Assembly (NCBI GenBank): GCA_964188305.1
Contig: OZ076893.1
DNA from: Podarcis bocagei
Taxonomy: Eukaryota
Length of the DNA stretch: 64,000 nucleotides
Direction: 5' to 3' (one strand)
Shown here: piece after piece, positions 62,855 to 64,000 of the stretch
Position numbering within the stretch: the first letter of the stretch is position 1
Layout of the letters: each line of letters opens with the position of its first letter
Notes under the pieces: generated by a model
Told to the model about the DNA's origin: nothing
Database searches by the model: none
What the model saw: the letters and a program-made list of their open reading frames with translations, nothing else
Program-made: the position numbers and the translations under genes

Positions 62855-64000
62855 CTATAGCACATCTGGCACATCCACAATCATGGTGCGGTATCTATGA
62901 CATTCAGCACTCTAAGTTGCTTTTTCAAACATGCATGTGAACTCTCAAGATGGAATAATAGTGTCCTCTCTATTCAGTTTTATAAATTGGATTGTATGCC
63001 AGGGATATCATGAAACAAATTTTTCTAAAATACAGTAGTAATGGAGCATCCATAGATTGTGATAAAGACTTTGAAAGAACTTAGTTCCTTTCTACAGACG
63101 TAGTAGAGACTTCCCTGCATTAGCTGTTCTTAACATATTCAGAGAAAAACAGGTGGTGTGTATGTACATATTATTTGCCTGAACTTCCTGTGACAAAAAT
63201 TTGCTTGATGGCATATTTATTTATCTGAATGTTCTTTTTGTTGCCTTTTGCCATCCACACAACACAATTGACAACTTTTGGAGAAACATATGTGCAGATA
63301 AACAAAAATTTAATTGACATACTTTCCGGTGTAGTGAACAGCCCTCAGACACAAATAAAGGAGCGTTTATGGATCAGATCCTTTGACCATTCTGACCATG
63401 CTCATTCAAAAAGATTACTTCCGACCCTAGTTGGAGAAACTTCACTCCAGGGAGAGGTTTAAGGGGACGGCACACATGTGAACTCCTTGATTGTCCCCAA
63501 TACCTTAACTATATTGTTGAGAAGGCATTTGTTCCAACTTGATATACAGCATACACAGCCACTTGGGTAATAATCCTTCCCAAATCACTTCTCATTGAGA
63601 AATGAATTATGACTTTAATGATAGTAAGTGTTCTGGGAAAAATTGCATAATGCAAAAGAGACACCAGAGCTGATACGCTAAAGTAAGGCTTAGAGGGAAA
63701 GGATGGTATTGTTACTTGGGAGCAAATGTAGAAAGTGACATAGTAAGTAATTTCCTTTGTGTTTGTTTGTGTGTTGCTGATGGGTACATAAAATAAAATT
63801 AAAAAGAACGTTGAGATAAAACGCCAAAAATGTTTTTCAATGCATTTAGTGCTTCCTTCTGGCTTGTATTTTAGATCTGTGTATCACTTGAACTTTAGCT
63901 GTTTAAATTACCCGTGAACAGTTTCCAACATTCTGTTTATCCCTCCTAGTCCCATTTTCTCTCTCTTCCAGATGGCCTTGCATCCGCTTGCAGTTCTGGT

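Overview
This is vertebrate genomic DNA, very probably from a squamate reptile and most likely a lacertid lizard, judged from Sauria SINEs, Squam3-like SINEs, CR1/L2 fragments and abundant Tc1/mariner and hAT MITEs. The window covers the RAB2A-CHD7 neighbourhood on the + strand. It holds the last coding exon and 3'UTR of RAB2A (302-~1440), an unexplained CpG island with promoter motifs (~7.7-9.2 kb), the CHD7 promoter CpG island and non-coding exon 1 (ending 17528), a 34.9-kb intron 1, the 1840-nt exon 2 with the start codon and 555 codons of the Q/P/M-rich N-terminus (52589-54253), and the start of intron 2. The other ORFs in the track look like chance ORFs in GC-rich or repeat DNA. I found no convincing wholly new multi-gene system. 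The best leads are regulatory: three chained uORFs in all three frames before the CHD7 ATG, the orphan upstream CpG island with a possible spliced transcript, extra splice donors in the CHD7 island, a possible translatable exon-2 circle, and several informative transposon arrangements. Comparisons with human are from memory and must be verified.
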